NCBI GenBank assembly: GCA_004100325.1
Contig: SCKX01000001.1
Coordinates: forward strand, 291,453 to 355,452
Direction of reading: 5' to 3'
Length of the DNA stretch: 64,000 bases
Origin: Candidatus Microsaccharimonas sossegonensis
Lineage (GTDB): Bacteria; Patescibacteriota; Saccharimonadia; Saccharimonadales; Saccharimonadaceae
The position numbers and the translations under genes are program-made. Below the pieces are notes generated by a model, which ran no database searches, was not told where the DNA came from, and worked only from the letters and a program-made list of their open reading frames with translations. Of the stretch, positions 1 to 9,953 are shown one piece after another; position 1 is the first letter of the stretch; every line of letters begins with the position of its first letter.

Positions 1-95
1 GAACTAAAAATAACATCCTTCCAAAAAACGATGGTTGATAGTCCGCGTTTTTCTTATGCTTTCAACACAGAGGTCAAAATGGTACTATGACCCTA

Positions 96-2978
96 ATGGC
101 AGCCGAGAGACAACCACCGATTTTTAAGCGTCGCGATCACGGCAGCGAACGTCGTGGTGTTTTCTCGGTGCCCGCTGATATCAATACATTAGCGTATCGA
201 CAAGAACAGTCTAAACAATCAAAGGCAAGATTACTTGCAAAACTGCGAGAAGCGCAACGAGCACGTACCGAAACCTTAGAGGCGATAGACCTTGGAAATA
301 AAGCACTCCCCGCATACACCCACAAACATGAAATTCTTGCGAATATTGATGCATATAAAGCTGTTATTTTAGGTGGTCCGACAGGAAGTGGAAAGAGTAC
401 GCAGCTCCCACAATATTTATATGAGGCAGGCTATGATATGACGGTTGTGTTGGTGCCGCGCCGCGTGATTGCCGATGGACTCGGTGAACGGATTCGTGAA
501 GAATTTACAGATCAATTAGGGAGAGATAAAGCGGAAAATATGGTAGGCATTGTTCATGGTGAGCGTGTCGAAATGCATAACGACAACAGAGTAGTTGTTA
601 TGACACCACAAACCTTCAATGTAATGGAAAAAGATATAAAAGAGAAATACGGCGACAAGAAAGTCGCGATTATTTCTGATGAAATTCACGAAGCGAACCT
701 ATTCACTGAAATTGCTACCGGCGTTGCGGCGATGGCGGTGCAGGAATATGAGGATTGGCGATTAGTTGCGGCGAGTGCAACGCACAATTCTGAAACATTA
801 CAAAAAACGTTTCAAATGCTCAATAAAGATAGCTACGTCCCAATAATCAATATCAAAGGCCGTCCATTTAACGTTGAAATGAAGGAAGAGCCAAGGTTTA
901 GTTTGATGGAAGTGTACGCAAAAGTAGGACATGAACACCAAAAAGCAATGCTTTTTACATCTGGAAAACGTGAAATCGACCATATTATTGACGAGACGAT
1001 TGCCGAACTGAAAAAAACAGACCCAAATGCTTCCAAACAAGTAGTATTTAGAAAACTTCACGGTGAATTAAGTGAGTTTGAACTTTCACACATCAACGAT
1101 CCGATTCCTGAGGGGCATCGATTAGTCATTGTGTCTTCACCAGCCGGTATGTCGGGCATTACGATTCCAGGTGTGACATTAGTGGTGAGCGACGGAACGA
1201 TCAACCGTCAAGAACTTGATGAAGACGGTATTCTGGGACTTGTCCGTCACTATTTGTCGCAGGATGAAATAATTCAACAAATTGGTCGGGCTGGCAGAGA
1301 TGTACCTGGAGGAGTTGGATATATTGCGCGGCCAACCACGGTCATGGAAGACCAACTTCGAAAACGTGGCAAAGAAGTAGAGATGCCGCAAATGGAATAC
1401 GTTCCGTTTAGCGAACATGACAGTCATGCACCGCCAGAAATTTATCACACCAACCTTTCTCGAGTTGTCCTGACTGTTGCTGCAATAAATCTTCATTTTA
1501 GCGACATTAACGACTATATTCCGCACCCGGTTGCGCCGTCTGCAATTATTAATGCCGAAGAATCGTTGTCACGTTTGGGTGCGCTTGATGATGAAGATAA
1601 AGTGACAAAAACGGGCCTTAAAATGAATCATTTCCCGATTAGTCCAGAACTTTCACGCGGTTTGGTTGAAGCAAAAGACGCCGAACTTCGCGGAGAGCGC
1701 ACGGCGATGCATTTGGCGCGTGTTGCTTTAATTGCGGCAGCCGTTGAGGTTGGGGGGTTGCAGGATTTTAGTCCGGACAAGCCGAAAACATGGAAGGCGT
1801 TGATTCGTCCCGAGGTTGCAGATGATTTTATGGCGCAGCATGATTTGATGAGTGCAGTGCAGGGACTAGATCAGCTAGAAACAAAAGAGTTGTTTGATTT
1901 TTTGGAAAAGTTTGCGATTCACCCGAAGCGTCTGGAGCGGGCGCAGAAAGTAGCACGAAAGATTTTACAGGTATTTAAAATGAATTTAGACAACATTATT
2001 GTTACCATTCCCGTGCCTGATGAAGAAGCAGACATTCGAAGTGATTTTACGGCCGGCATGATCGACCTTGTCTATGAAGAAGCAGGCAGGGTGTATCGCA
2101 AGACAACTTATAAAAATATTCATGGTGACGAGACGGCAACAAAGCGTCTTTTAAGTCTTAGAAGTGTCGCTGTACCCGAGCGCGGTCAACTACTCGCCGG
2201 TATTCCAAGGTGGTATGAAAAACAGTCAAAGGATGGATTAAAACGATTTGATGTCATTGAAATGATATTAAAGGTTGATCCTAAAACTGTCGGTCAATAT
2301 GCAATGGCAAATGATCTGCTTGTGGGACGGTTGCTTGCACCGCAAATGGACGGTGATCGTATCGTTGAACGTCAGCAGATGATGTTTGGTTCAATTCCTG
2401 TCGGCATTCCCGTAAAGAGTGAATCACTTGAGCTGATTCCCCAAGCAAGTCAAGATGTATTGGTTGAACGAGTACTCGAAAAACCAGGTCCAAGACAACG
2501 TGCGCTACGTGAAATCGCCGAAGAACTGGAATGGTACCAAAAAGCTTTTTCAGACGATATTTTGGCACAGTATCGGCAGATCAAAGCTCCGGAATATTTG
2601 ACAAAAGAAAGTATAAAAGCGCTCATTCAAAAGTATGCGAAAAGTACTCGTGCAATGACTGAAATTGATCGTCGCCTCGGAGAATATTCGTATAGCAAAA
2701 ACATTACCATCAATCGTTACTTTGACGAACCTTCCCGACGCGAGTTGAGACGTCGATCACCACGCTCGATTGAAGTCGCGGGTGTAGGTGTCTTACGGGT
2801 GCAATACGACATGGGAACGCCGTACATAACGCGAACCGCCGGGTTATCTATGGCACAGTTTAAAGCAGCCGCAGCCCAGCACCTCACTCTTGCCGATGGA
2901 CGTAAAGTATTATATCAAGTAGAGAAACATGGTGGCGGCATCGAACGTTTAACGGCGGATGAATTCTTAAAATCTTAG
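96..2978 (+). CDS. HrpA/HrpB-like DEAH-box RNA helicase
   Basis: Motifs GPTGSGKSTQLPQ (I), DEIH (II), SAT (III), HGEL, TIPGV (V), QQIGRAGR (VI), and an HA2-like region (LGAL...GLKMNHFPISPELSR). The ORF track starts at 87. ATG 96 is preferred because TG-G-TACTAT (80-88) lies 7 nt upstream. Confidence 0.85.
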   Translation: MAAERQPPIFKRRDHGSERRGVFSVPADINTLAYRQEQSKQSKARLLAKLREAQRARTETLEAIDLGNKALPAYTHKHEILANIDAYKAVILGGPTGSGKSTQLPQYLYEAGYDMTVVLVPRRVIADGLGERIREEFTDQLGRDKAENMVGIVHGERVEMHNDNRVVVMTPQTFNVMEKDIKEKYGDKKVAIISDEIHEANLFTEIATGVAAMAVQEYEDWRLVAASATHNSETLQKTFQMLNKDSYVPIINIKGRPFNVEMKEEPRFSLMEVYAKVGHEHQKAMLFTSGKREIDHIIDETIAELKKTDPNASKQVVFRKLHGELSEFELSHINDPIPEGHRLVIVSSPAGMSGITIPGVTLVVSDGTINRQELDEDGILGLVRHYLSQDEIIQQIGRAGRDVPGGVGYIARPTTVMEDQLRKRGKEVEMPQMEYVPFSEHDSHAPPEIYHTNLSRVVLTVAAINLHFSDINDYIPHPVAPSAIINAEESLSRLGALDDEDKVTKTGLKMNHFPISPELSRGLVEAKDAELRGERTAMHLARVALIAAAVEVGGLQDFSPDKPKTWKALIRPEVADDFMAQHDLMSAVQGLDQLETKELFDFLEKFAIHPKRLERAQKVARKILQVFKMNLDNIIVTIPVPDEEADIRSDFTAGMIDLVYEEAGRVYRKTTYKNIHGDETATKRLLSLRSVAVPERGQLLAGIPRWYEKQSKDGLKRFDVIEMILKVDPKTVGQYAMANDLLVGRLLAPQMDGDRIVERQQMMFGSIPVGIPVKSESLELIPQASQDVLVERVLEKPGPRQRALREIAEELEWYQKAFSDDILAQYRQIKAPEYLTKESIKALIQKYAKSTRAMTEIDRRLGEYSYSKNITINRYFDEPSRRELRRRSPRSIEVAGVGVLRVQYDMGTPYITRTAGLSMAQFKAAAAQHLTLADGRKVLYQVEKHGGGIERLTADEFLKS

Positions 2979-3536
2979 TGAATCAGCTACGGCATCAAGC
3001 TGGTCGTAAAAGTGATCGAGTGAGCCATTGTTTATGATAAAAAAGTCAGCTGCCGCAATTGGTCCACCTTTTTGGAGAGTTTCAATTTCATGCGTGTCAC
3101 GTGCCGCTGATATTTCTGGTGTTTGGGGGCGGGCTGATCTGGTTTGTAGCCAATGGTAGCGAAGATGTTTTGGTGAAGTGATCGCAACAACTGTTGTTTC
3201 GCCTGGAAAGGCATGTTTGATGGCTTTATATTCATCCCAGGTGTAAATGCCGTCGGCAATAATGCGGTGTTGTCCGGAGCTAGAGAGTTCACGAATTTGC
3301 TTGATGATGCGTTTGACAACAAAATCATTGCCTTCTTTCTGACGGATTTCAACGCGAAATTTTGCTTCGTTAGCTTCACCTTTTTCAATGCCAGCTTCAG
3401 CCATAGCTTCGTAGATGATGCCGCCAAAGTATACCTTCGGATAACCTTTTTCAGTAAAGTGTTCAACTGCAGTTGTTTTGCCGGCCCCAGTCAGACCAAC
3501 AAAAGCGAGAATTTTCAGGTTTTCCTGTTTGTTCAT
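2967..3536 (-). CDS. P-loop kinase, dephospho-CoA kinase-like (UPF0200-type)
   Basis: N-terminal Walker A GLTGAGKTT, IADGIY, C-terminal ADFFIINNGSLDHF typical of NMP/DPCK-like kinases. Confidence 0.65.
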   Translation of the reverse strand: MNKQENLKILAFVGLTGAGKTTAVEHFTEKGYPKVYFGGIIYEAMAEAGIEKGEANEAKFRVEIRQKEGNDFVVKRIIKQIRELSSSGQHRIIADGIYTWDEYKAIKHAFPGETTVVAITSPKHLRYHWLQTRSARPQTPEISAARDTHEIETLQKGGPIAAADFFIINNGSLDHFYDQLDAVADSLRF

Positions 3537-3600
3537 GTAGCTATTGTAACAGATCGGTTATGGTTGCGTCTTGTGTTGTTCACCTCTATGATACGTATAT

Positions 3601-3849
3601 ATGGAAAGTGATTGGCGACATAAGGCGGCGTGTGCCAAAACAGATCCAGAGCTTTTCTTTCCGACTGGCGAAACATCCAAGCACGACCTTGATCAAATTC
3701 AGGGCGCGAAAGCGTTTTGTGTGAGATGTTTAGTGAAGGAGCGGTGTTTGGAATATGCGCTCGAAACACACCAAGCATTTGGGGTGTGGGGTGGTATGAG
3801 CACGGCCGAGCGAAAAGCTTTCGTGCGACGCGCTCGACACGGCTACTAA
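3601..3849 (+). CDS. whiB: WhiB-family Fe-S transcription factor (WhiB1-like)
   Basis: 82 aa; W-R-x2-AAC, DPELFFP, C-x2-C-x5-C (four Cys in total), GVWGG turn; promoter TTGCGT(3564)-17-TATGAT(3587). Confidence 0.92.
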   Translation: MESDWRHKAACAKTDPELFFPTGETSKHDLDQIQGAKAFCVRCLVKERCLEYALETHQAFGVWGGMSTAERKAFVRRARHGY

Positions 3850-3888
3850 TGAGTCTTTGCAACTCTTTTTAACTGTTATACTAAAAAT

Positions 3889-6438
3889 ATGAAACGGTTG
3901 GCAGTTATTGATGGAAAGTCCGTATTTTATCGTGGCTATTATGCGATGCCGGGACTGTCGCTTCCAGATGGAACGCCAACTGGCGGCGTCTTTGGCTTTA
4001 TCTCAATTGCAATCGAACTGATAAAAAAGCTAGAACCTGATTATGTCGCCGTAGCGTGGGATATAAAAGGCACCAGTGCTGCCAAACGCCTCGAGATTTT
4101 TGATGGCTACAAATTAGGGCGCACCAAGCCGCAAGAGGACTTTTATGCGCAGCTTCCGATTCTCCGTGAAGTTCTCGAAGCGTTTAATTGGCCTCTTTAT
4201 GAACTTGATCGGTACGAGGCAGACGATATTATGGGTACTTTTGCCGCACAAGCAAAAAAAGAGGGGGTTGAGGCGTGTTTGGTGACAGGCGACTATGACC
4301 TTTTGCAGCTGATTGATGATAACACAGGCGTGTATATTACGCGTACCGGCAGTACTGATCTGGTTCGCTACGATGCTGCTGCTTTCGAGGCGAAGTATGG
4401 CATAAAAGTGAATCAATTTATTGATTACAAGGCGCTCGTGGGGGATAGCAGTGATAATATTCCTGGTGTTTCAAACATCGGTCCAAAGGCAGCCCAAATG
4501 CTGTTGACGACGTATGGTGATCTGGACGGCATTTACGCACACACCAACGATCTAAAGGGTGCGCAGCAAAAAAATATCGTTGCAGGTAAAAATGCTGCCT
4601 ACATGAGTCAAAAACTTGCCAGGATCTTTACCGATGCACCAATTAAAATTGATTGGAACGCAGCGAATATCGAGCGTACCCAAGTCGACAAAGTTATCGA
4701 AGTGCTACGTAAGTATCAGTTTAATTCCTTGGTCGGTCGTCTGCCGCGACACATGAAGATTGGCGACAAGGTCATTGACGTTGAAGCCGCCGGAGAGGTA
4801 TCAGAAGAAAAAGCCGAAATTGTTTCACTTGAAGTAGTGAAGTGGCCAGATAACCTACGCATTGACGGTCCGGTGTTGATTGATGTGATTGACGATGCTT
4901 TGTGGGTATCGACTGACAAAAACACAATTGCAACAAAGCCGGTCGTGGAAGTTGATACAAGCGTCTGGACAGCGCTTGGCATGGCGACCGTCGTGAGCTA
5001 TGACGTCAAAGATGTCTACCACAAGCTGGCAGCGCTCGGTGTCTTTCCGAGATTTTCTAATGTGCACGATATTCGACAGGGTGCGTTCTTGATTGATCCG
5101 CTACGACGTGACAGATCCGCACATGCCTTGATTGGGATGGAAGCGCCAGAACCAACCCAATTACTAGCTGGGTTATGGATAGTATACGGTTCACAGGTTG
5201 CCTTTTTCAAGAAGGTACCAAAGCTTGCAAGGATCGCTCAAGAGCTTGATTTTCCACTTACCTACATACTTTTTCGAATCGAGCATAAGGGAGTGTTGGT
5301 TGATCCGATGGTACTGCATAAGATGAGTGATGAACTGGGATCCGAACACCAAAAACTTGAACAAGAAATGTGTTCAATGGTTGGATACGAATTTAACATT
5401 GGTAGTCCGGCTCAACTTTCAGAGGTGTTATTTACAAAACTACAACTTCCAACGGCAGGTATTAAAAAGGGTAAGACAGGGTATAGTACCGGACAAGCGG
5501 AACTTGATAAGCTCCGTGGTCAGCACCCAATTATCGAGCTGATCGAGCAAACCCGAGAGCTAGCAAAACTTAAGAATACTTATACTGATTCACTGCCAAA
5601 ACTTGCTGATGTGCACCATCGTATCCACACAACATTTAATCAAGACGTTGCGTCGACGGGACGCCTCAGTAGCTCCAATCCGAACCTTCAGAATATTCCA
5701 ATTCGGACTGAACTAGGACGGAAAATCCGTGAAGCATTTATTGCTGATGGTGACAAAGTGCTTGTCAGTGCTGACTATTCACAGTTCGAGCTTCGCCTAG
5801 CTGCCATCCTCGCTAACGACAAAAAGCTCATTAATGACTTTAACGGTGATGTTGATATTCACACCAAGACAGCGAGTGAAGTGTATGGCATTCCAATGGG
5901 TGAGGTGACGAAACATCAAAGGCGCGACGCAAAAGTGATCAATTTCGGCGTGCTGTATGGGATGAGTCCACATGGACTTGCTGCACAAACGGGCATGTCA
6001 TTCGGACAGGCAAAAGAGTTTATTGAACAGTATTTCAAACTGCGCGAACCGATTCGTAGGTTTATCGATGATACGCTGACGAAAGCACGAACCGAGGGCT
6101 ACGTTGAAACGTACTTTGGTCGTCGTCGCCCAACACCCGACATCAAGAGTAGTAACTTTATGGTGCGGGCAGGTGCGGAGCGCGCGGCGGCGAACATGCC
6201 CATCCAAGGCACTGAAGCAGACCTGATGAAACTCGCCATGATTCGTGTTGATGAGAAACTAGGAGACTTAGGTGATCAGGTGCTACAGATTCACGACTCG
6301 ATCTTGGTCGAATGTCCGGAAAAGAATGCCGACAAGGTTGCAAACATCCTAAAAACGACTATGGAAGAGATTGCGCCAGAACTAGGTATTTCACTGCGGG
6401 TTGATGTCAGTAGTGGCAAAAACTGGGGTGATTTATGA
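3889..6438 (+). CDS. polA: DNA polymerase I (5'-3' exonuclease + degenerate 3'-5' exonuclease + polymerase)
   Basis: IDGKS..YRGYYA, EADD, DSSDNIPGV, motif A SADYSQFELR, motif B RRDAKVINFGVLYG, motif C QIHDSI. Confidence 0.97.
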   Translation: MKRLAVIDGKSVFYRGYYAMPGLSLPDGTPTGGVFGFISIAIELIKKLEPDYVAVAWDIKGTSAAKRLEIFDGYKLGRTKPQEDFYAQLPILREVLEAFNWPLYELDRYEADDIMGTFAAQAKKEGVEACLVTGDYDLLQLIDDNTGVYITRTGSTDLVRYDAAAFEAKYGIKVNQFIDYKALVGDSSDNIPGVSNIGPKAAQMLLTTYGDLDGIYAHTNDLKGAQQKNIVAGKNAAYMSQKLARIFTDAPIKIDWNAANIERTQVDKVIEVLRKYQFNSLVGRLPRHMKIGDKVIDVEAAGEVSEEKAEIVSLEVVKWPDNLRIDGPVLIDVIDDALWVSTDKNTIATKPVVEVDTSVWTALGMATVVSYDVKDVYHKLAALGVFPRFSNVHDIRQGAFLIDPLRRDRSAHALIGMEAPEPTQLLAGLWIVYGSQVAFFKKVPKLARIAQELDFPLTYILFRIEHKGVLVDPMVLHKMSDELGSEHQKLEQEMCSMVGYEFNIGSPAQLSEVLFTKLQLPTAGIKKGKTGYSTGQAELDKLRGQHPIIELIEQTRELAKLKNTYTDSLPKLADVHHRIHTTFNQDVASTGRLSSSNPNLQNIPIRTELGRKIREAFIADGDKVLVSADYSQFELRLAAILANDKKLINDFNGDVDIHTKTASEVYGIPMGEVTKHQRRDAKVINFGVLYGMSPHGLAAQTGMSFGQAKEFIEQYFKLREPIRRFIDDTLTKARTEGYVETYFGRRRPTPDIKSSNFMVRAGAERAAANMPIQGTEADLMKLAMIRVDEKLGDLGDQVLQIHDSILVECPEKNADKVANILKTTMEEIAPELGISLRVDVSSGKNWGDL

Positions 6439-6848
6439 TCAAAGCGGTTATCTTTGATTGTTTTGGCGTTGTCCTCGATATTATGCGAGGCACGAAGATC
6501 GAACAAACCATCAAGCTCATCAAGGAACTAAAAGGTCAGTACAAGTTAGCGATGCTGACGAACGTACCGAGCCGCTATGCGCTTGATCAACGATTTAATC
6601 CCGGTGAACTTGACCAGCTGTTTGATGTTATCGTTGCGTCCGGTGAAGTTGGATGGGACAAACCTGCTCCAGAAATTTATATAATGACGGTTGAAAAGTT
6701 GGCAGTTGAGCCAGAAGAGTGCTTATTTATTGATGACATTCCATCATTCACCAAAGCTGCAGCAGCACTTGGCATCAAGACGTTTACCTATGTCAATGTG
6801 CCTGAATCAATCACGGCGATTACAGCGATACTACATGACAATGAGTAG
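6435..6848 (+). CDS. HAD-superfamily hydrolase (short, little cap domain)
   Basis: FDCFGV motif I (second Asp replaced), LTN motif II, KPAPEIY, FIDD motif IV. Confidence 0.8.
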   Translation: MIKAVIFDCFGVVLDIMRGTKIEQTIKLIKELKGQYKLAMLTNVPSRYALDQRFNPGELDQLFDVIVASGEVGWDKPAPEIYIMTVEKLAVEPEECLFIDDIPSFTKAAAALGIKTFTYVNVPESITAITAILHDNE

Positions 6849-6917
6849 GATTGGTATGTCGTCACGCAGCGCCCATAGACATTTGACAAGAATGGGGAAA
6901 ACTACTAAGGTTAAGCT

Positions 6918-7523
6918 ATGGTTAATTACAGAACATCCCGTATCATTCCTATCGTACTCGTGGTCGTTATTATCATTATTGCCATTGCATCGCTTGTATC
7001 GCTGGCTCGCGTTGTCTTATTCTCTAATTCAGCAAGTACTAATACGTCACAAGTTGATACCAGCCGCGAGGCACTACTTAACACCACTGCCAACCGCAGC
7101 GTTTCAATGACGGTTCGCGGACCAATCGTTGCAGACGAACTCTTCCGCTCGTACAAAATAGACATTGGACCAAGCAAGCGACAAGTTGTCACCTACACCG
7201 GATATCTTAGGACTGTCGTTGACCAAGTCTTACTGACTAACAGCGTGGCGTCGTACACGGAATTTGTTAACGCGCTCGATAAAGCAAACCTGACAAAAGG
7301 CAAGCAGTTCACTGCTGACAAGAATGACACCAGCGGAGTGTGTGCAACAGGCAACGTCTATACCTTTACTATTTACGACGGCACAACTAACGTCAAAGAC
7401 CTCTGGACTTCAACCTGTAGCGGATCAAAGGGTTCGCTAGATGCCAGTGTGACACAGCTTACTAACTTGTTCGTTAAGCAAGTTCCTGGTGCCGAGACTC
7501 TGATCAAAAAAGTGAATCTCTAA
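6918..7523 (+). CDS. Membrane-anchored extracytoplasmic hypothetical protein
   Basis: N-terminal hydrophobic helix, a C-terminal Cys pair, promoter TTGACA(6883)-17-TAAGGT(6906). Confidence 0.7.
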   Translation: MVNYRTSRIIPIVLVVVIIIIAIASLVSLARVVLFSNSASTNTSQVDTSREALLNTTANRSVSMTVRGPIVADELFRSYKIDIGPSKRQVVTYTGYLRTVVDQVLLTNSVASYTEFVNALDKANLTKGKQFTADKNDTSGVCATGNVYTFTIYDGTTNVKDLWTSTCSGSKGSLDASVTQLTNLFVKQVPGAETLIKKVNL

Positions 7524-7559
7524 AACTTGATGCTGGAGTGATTATAAAGGAACACATCG

Positions 7560-8429
7560 GTGCCTGAATTACCAGAAGTAGAAACAGTTCGTCGAGGACT
7601 CTCTGAACTTATTCTTGGTAAAATACTTACCAGTGCAATATATGATACGCCAAAGAGTTTCCCAAACGCCCAGAATGATGTCAAGCAGTTTTTAGTAAGC
7701 GCGACCGTAACGGCAATTCGCCGCCGTGCAAAAGTGTTGATGATCGATCTTTCAAGCGGGTATTCACTGGTTGTGCATTTAAAGATGACGGGGCAGTTGG
7801 TGTTCGTTGATCAACAGACGCGCTTTGGGGCAGGTCATCCGAACGATAGTTTGGTGAATGCACTACCTGATAGGTCGACTCGCATGACTTTGGAATTTAA
7901 TGATGGATCGCAGCTATTTTTTAACGATCAGCGTAAATTTGGCTGGGTACGTTTGATGCCGACCAAGGAAATTCCACAGCTTGCTTTTATGCAAAAGGTG
8001 GGACCAGAACCGCTGGAACCAGATTTTACTGTGGCGCAATTCGTAGAGCGTTTTAAACGCCGCGGACGCACTAACATAAAAGCTGCCATGCTTGATCAGT
8101 CCGTTGTGGCCGGTGTGGGTAATATTTATGCTGATGAGTCTTTGTGGGGTGCGAAGCTTCACCCCATGCGCCTAGTCGGAACGATTTCCTCGGCAGAATT
8201 TAAGAAACTATATACTGAACTGCGCAGTGTTATGAATCTTTCGATTGAAAAAGGCGGCTCATCAAATCGCAATTACGTGAACGCTGAAGGCAAACGGGGA
8301 AGTTATATGGATGTTGAACGCGTCTTTCGACGTGAAGGTTTGCCATGTCCCCGCTGCGGTACAACAATCGAGAAACTGCGCGTTGCCGGTCGAGGTACGC
8401 ATATCTGTCCGTACTGTCAGTCACTATAA
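7560..8429 (+). CDS. mutM: Formamidopyrimidine-DNA glycosylase
   Basis: N-terminal PELPEVE, HLKMTG, GVGNIYADE (H2TH), C-terminal zinc finger CPRC...CPYCQ. Confidence 0.96.
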   Translation: MPELPEVETVRRGLSELILGKILTSAIYDTPKSFPNAQNDVKQFLVSATVTAIRRRAKVLMIDLSSGYSLVVHLKMTGQLVFVDQQTRFGAGHPNDSLVNALPDRSTRMTLEFNDGSQLFFNDQRKFGWVRLMPTKEIPQLAFMQKVGPEPLEPDFTVAQFVERFKRRGRTNIKAAMLDQSVVAGVGNIYADESLWGAKLHPMRLVGTISSAEFKKLYTELRSVMNLSIEKGGSSNRNYVNAEGKRGSYMDVERVFRREGLPCPRCGTTIEKLRVAGRGTHICPYCQSL

Positions 8430-8449
8430 ATATCGGCTATACTTATCTA

Positions 8450-9352
8450 ATGATTACGTGGTTTACCGGAGAGAATACATTTGATATTCAGCAAGCCGTC
8501 GCGGCGATTGTCGACACTTTTGATGGGAACGCGGAACGGATTGATGGCACGACACTCGAACTTAAACATATACCAGATCTTTTGATGGGTGGGACGTTGT
8601 TTGCAGAAAAGCGGTTGGTGATTATCAAAGATCTTTCACAAAATGGGGCAGTTTGGGAAAAGTTGCCAGAATGGATTGGCCGTACCTCAGATGATATTGA
8701 TGTCGTACTGATTGATAGCAAGCCAGATAAACGTACCAATGGATACAAAGAAGTCAAAAAACGCGTGGTACTCAAAGAATTTCCTATCTGGAGAGATCGA
8801 GACCAGTCATTAGCTGAAACGTGGGTGGTGAAGCATGCCGAAACTCTGGGGCTGAAACTGGATAAAAAACTAGCGCACCATATTGTGGCACGAATCGGAC
8901 TTGAAAAGTGGCAGCTGGCGAACGGGCTTGAAAAGATTGCACTCCTTAAAACAGTGACGGTAGAAACGATTAACGACATCATCGACCCGAACCCGACCGA
9001 GAATGTTTTTCGGTTGTTTGAACTGGCACTGGATAATCGCCGTCAAGCGGTTCACGATATGATTCGGGCGCTGGAACCGGTTGAAGATCCATACAAACTA
9101 TTTGCATTGTTGTCATCACAAGCCTTGCAGCTGGCAGTTGTTGCGAATGCGGGACCAAACGATAATCCCACCAAAGATTTTGATATTCACCCATATGTTG
9201 CTGAGAAGTTGTCGCATCGTGGCAAGAGGCTAGGTGCGCGCAGGTCAGCACGTATCTTGGCGGCATTTGCTCAGACTGATGCGGATATGAAACGTTCAAA
9301 GGCCGAGCCATGGCTGCTGATTGAACGAACCCTTTTATCGATGACGCAGTAA
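8450..9352 (+). CDS. holA: DNA polymerase III delta subunit
   Basis: MITWFTGENTF start, LFAEKRLVIIK, ANGLEKIALL, NVFRLFELA, C-terminal D..MK.S...PW.LIE. Start moved from 8345 to ATG 8450, which has TATACT 6 nt upstream. Confidence 0.8.
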   Translation: MITWFTGENTFDIQQAVAAIVDTFDGNAERIDGTTLELKHIPDLLMGGTLFAEKRLVIIKDLSQNGAVWEKLPEWIGRTSDDIDVVLIDSKPDKRTNGYKEVKKRVVLKEFPIWRDRDQSLAETWVVKHAETLGLKLDKKLAHHIVARIGLEKWQLANGLEKIALLKTVTVETINDIIDPNPTENVFRLFELALDNRRQAVHDMIRALEPVEDPYKLFALLSSQALQLAVVANAGPNDNPTKDFDIHPYVAEKLSHRGKRLGARRSARILAAFAQTDADMKRSKAEPWLLIERTLLSMTQ

Positions 9353-9386
9353 AAATAACCTCGGCATGAGAGTGAGGGGTTATTTT
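9352..9386. terminator. Bidirectional intrinsic terminator between holA and rpsT
   Basis: AAAATAACCTC...GAGGGGTTATTTT imperfect inverted repeat with A/T tails between convergent genes. Confidence 0.65.
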
Positions 9387-9400
9387 AGTGAGTTCTGAAA

Positions 9401-9772
9401 CTATTTTTTGGCAGCTGGCTTCTTGGCAGCAGGTTTTTTCACTGGAGTAGTTTTTGCGGCTGGTTTCTTTGCGCCAGCAGTCTTGGCAGCAGGTTTCGCA
9501 GCTGATGTTTTTTTGGCACCACCAAGCTTGACGCCGGCTGCTTTCGCTACCTTTGAAAGCTTGGCTTTACGACGTGAGGCAGTATTCTTGTCGAGCAGGT
9601 TCTTCTTAACGGCAGTGTCGATTTCACTTTGTGCCTTTGAAAGGGTAGCGGTGCTTGGTTTTGCGGTGAAAGCTTTGACGGCATCCTTGACATCACGTTT
9701 AATACCAACGTTTCGTTCGTTGCGCTTGATAGTTTGTTTTGCTCGCTTGATAGCGGATTTAATAATTGGCAT
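9401..9772 (-). CDS. rpsT: 30S ribosomal protein S20 with Lys/Ala/Pro-rich C-terminal tail
   Basis: MPIIKSAIKRAKQT, EIDTAVKKNLLDKNTASRRKAKL, followed by KKPAA repeats. Confidence 0.92.
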   Translation of the reverse strand: MPIIKSAIKRAKQTIKRNERNVGIKRDVKDAVKAFTAKPSTATLSKAQSEIDTAVKKNLLDKNTASRRKAKLSKVAKAAGVKLGGAKKTSAAKPAAKTAGAKKPAAKTTPVKKPAAKKPAAKK

Positions 9773-9953
9773 TGATTTCCTTTGTCTCTTAATATGCTGT
9801 TTTCAGCTACTAATCTATTTATAGTCTATTCAGGAGGTGATTATAGAGGAAAACGCCCTCTTTGTAAAGGGATAGGGAGTATTTGTTGACGCTTTTGAAA
9901 CCCTTATGGTATAGTACTCAAAAAGGGTAACACCAAAAAGAAACAAAAATCAT

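Noticed and set aside
8345-8449. N-terminal extension of holA overlapping mutM
   Set aside because: It overlaps the mutM zinc-finger codons. ATG 8450 gives the typical HolA start and has a -10 box 6 nt upstream.
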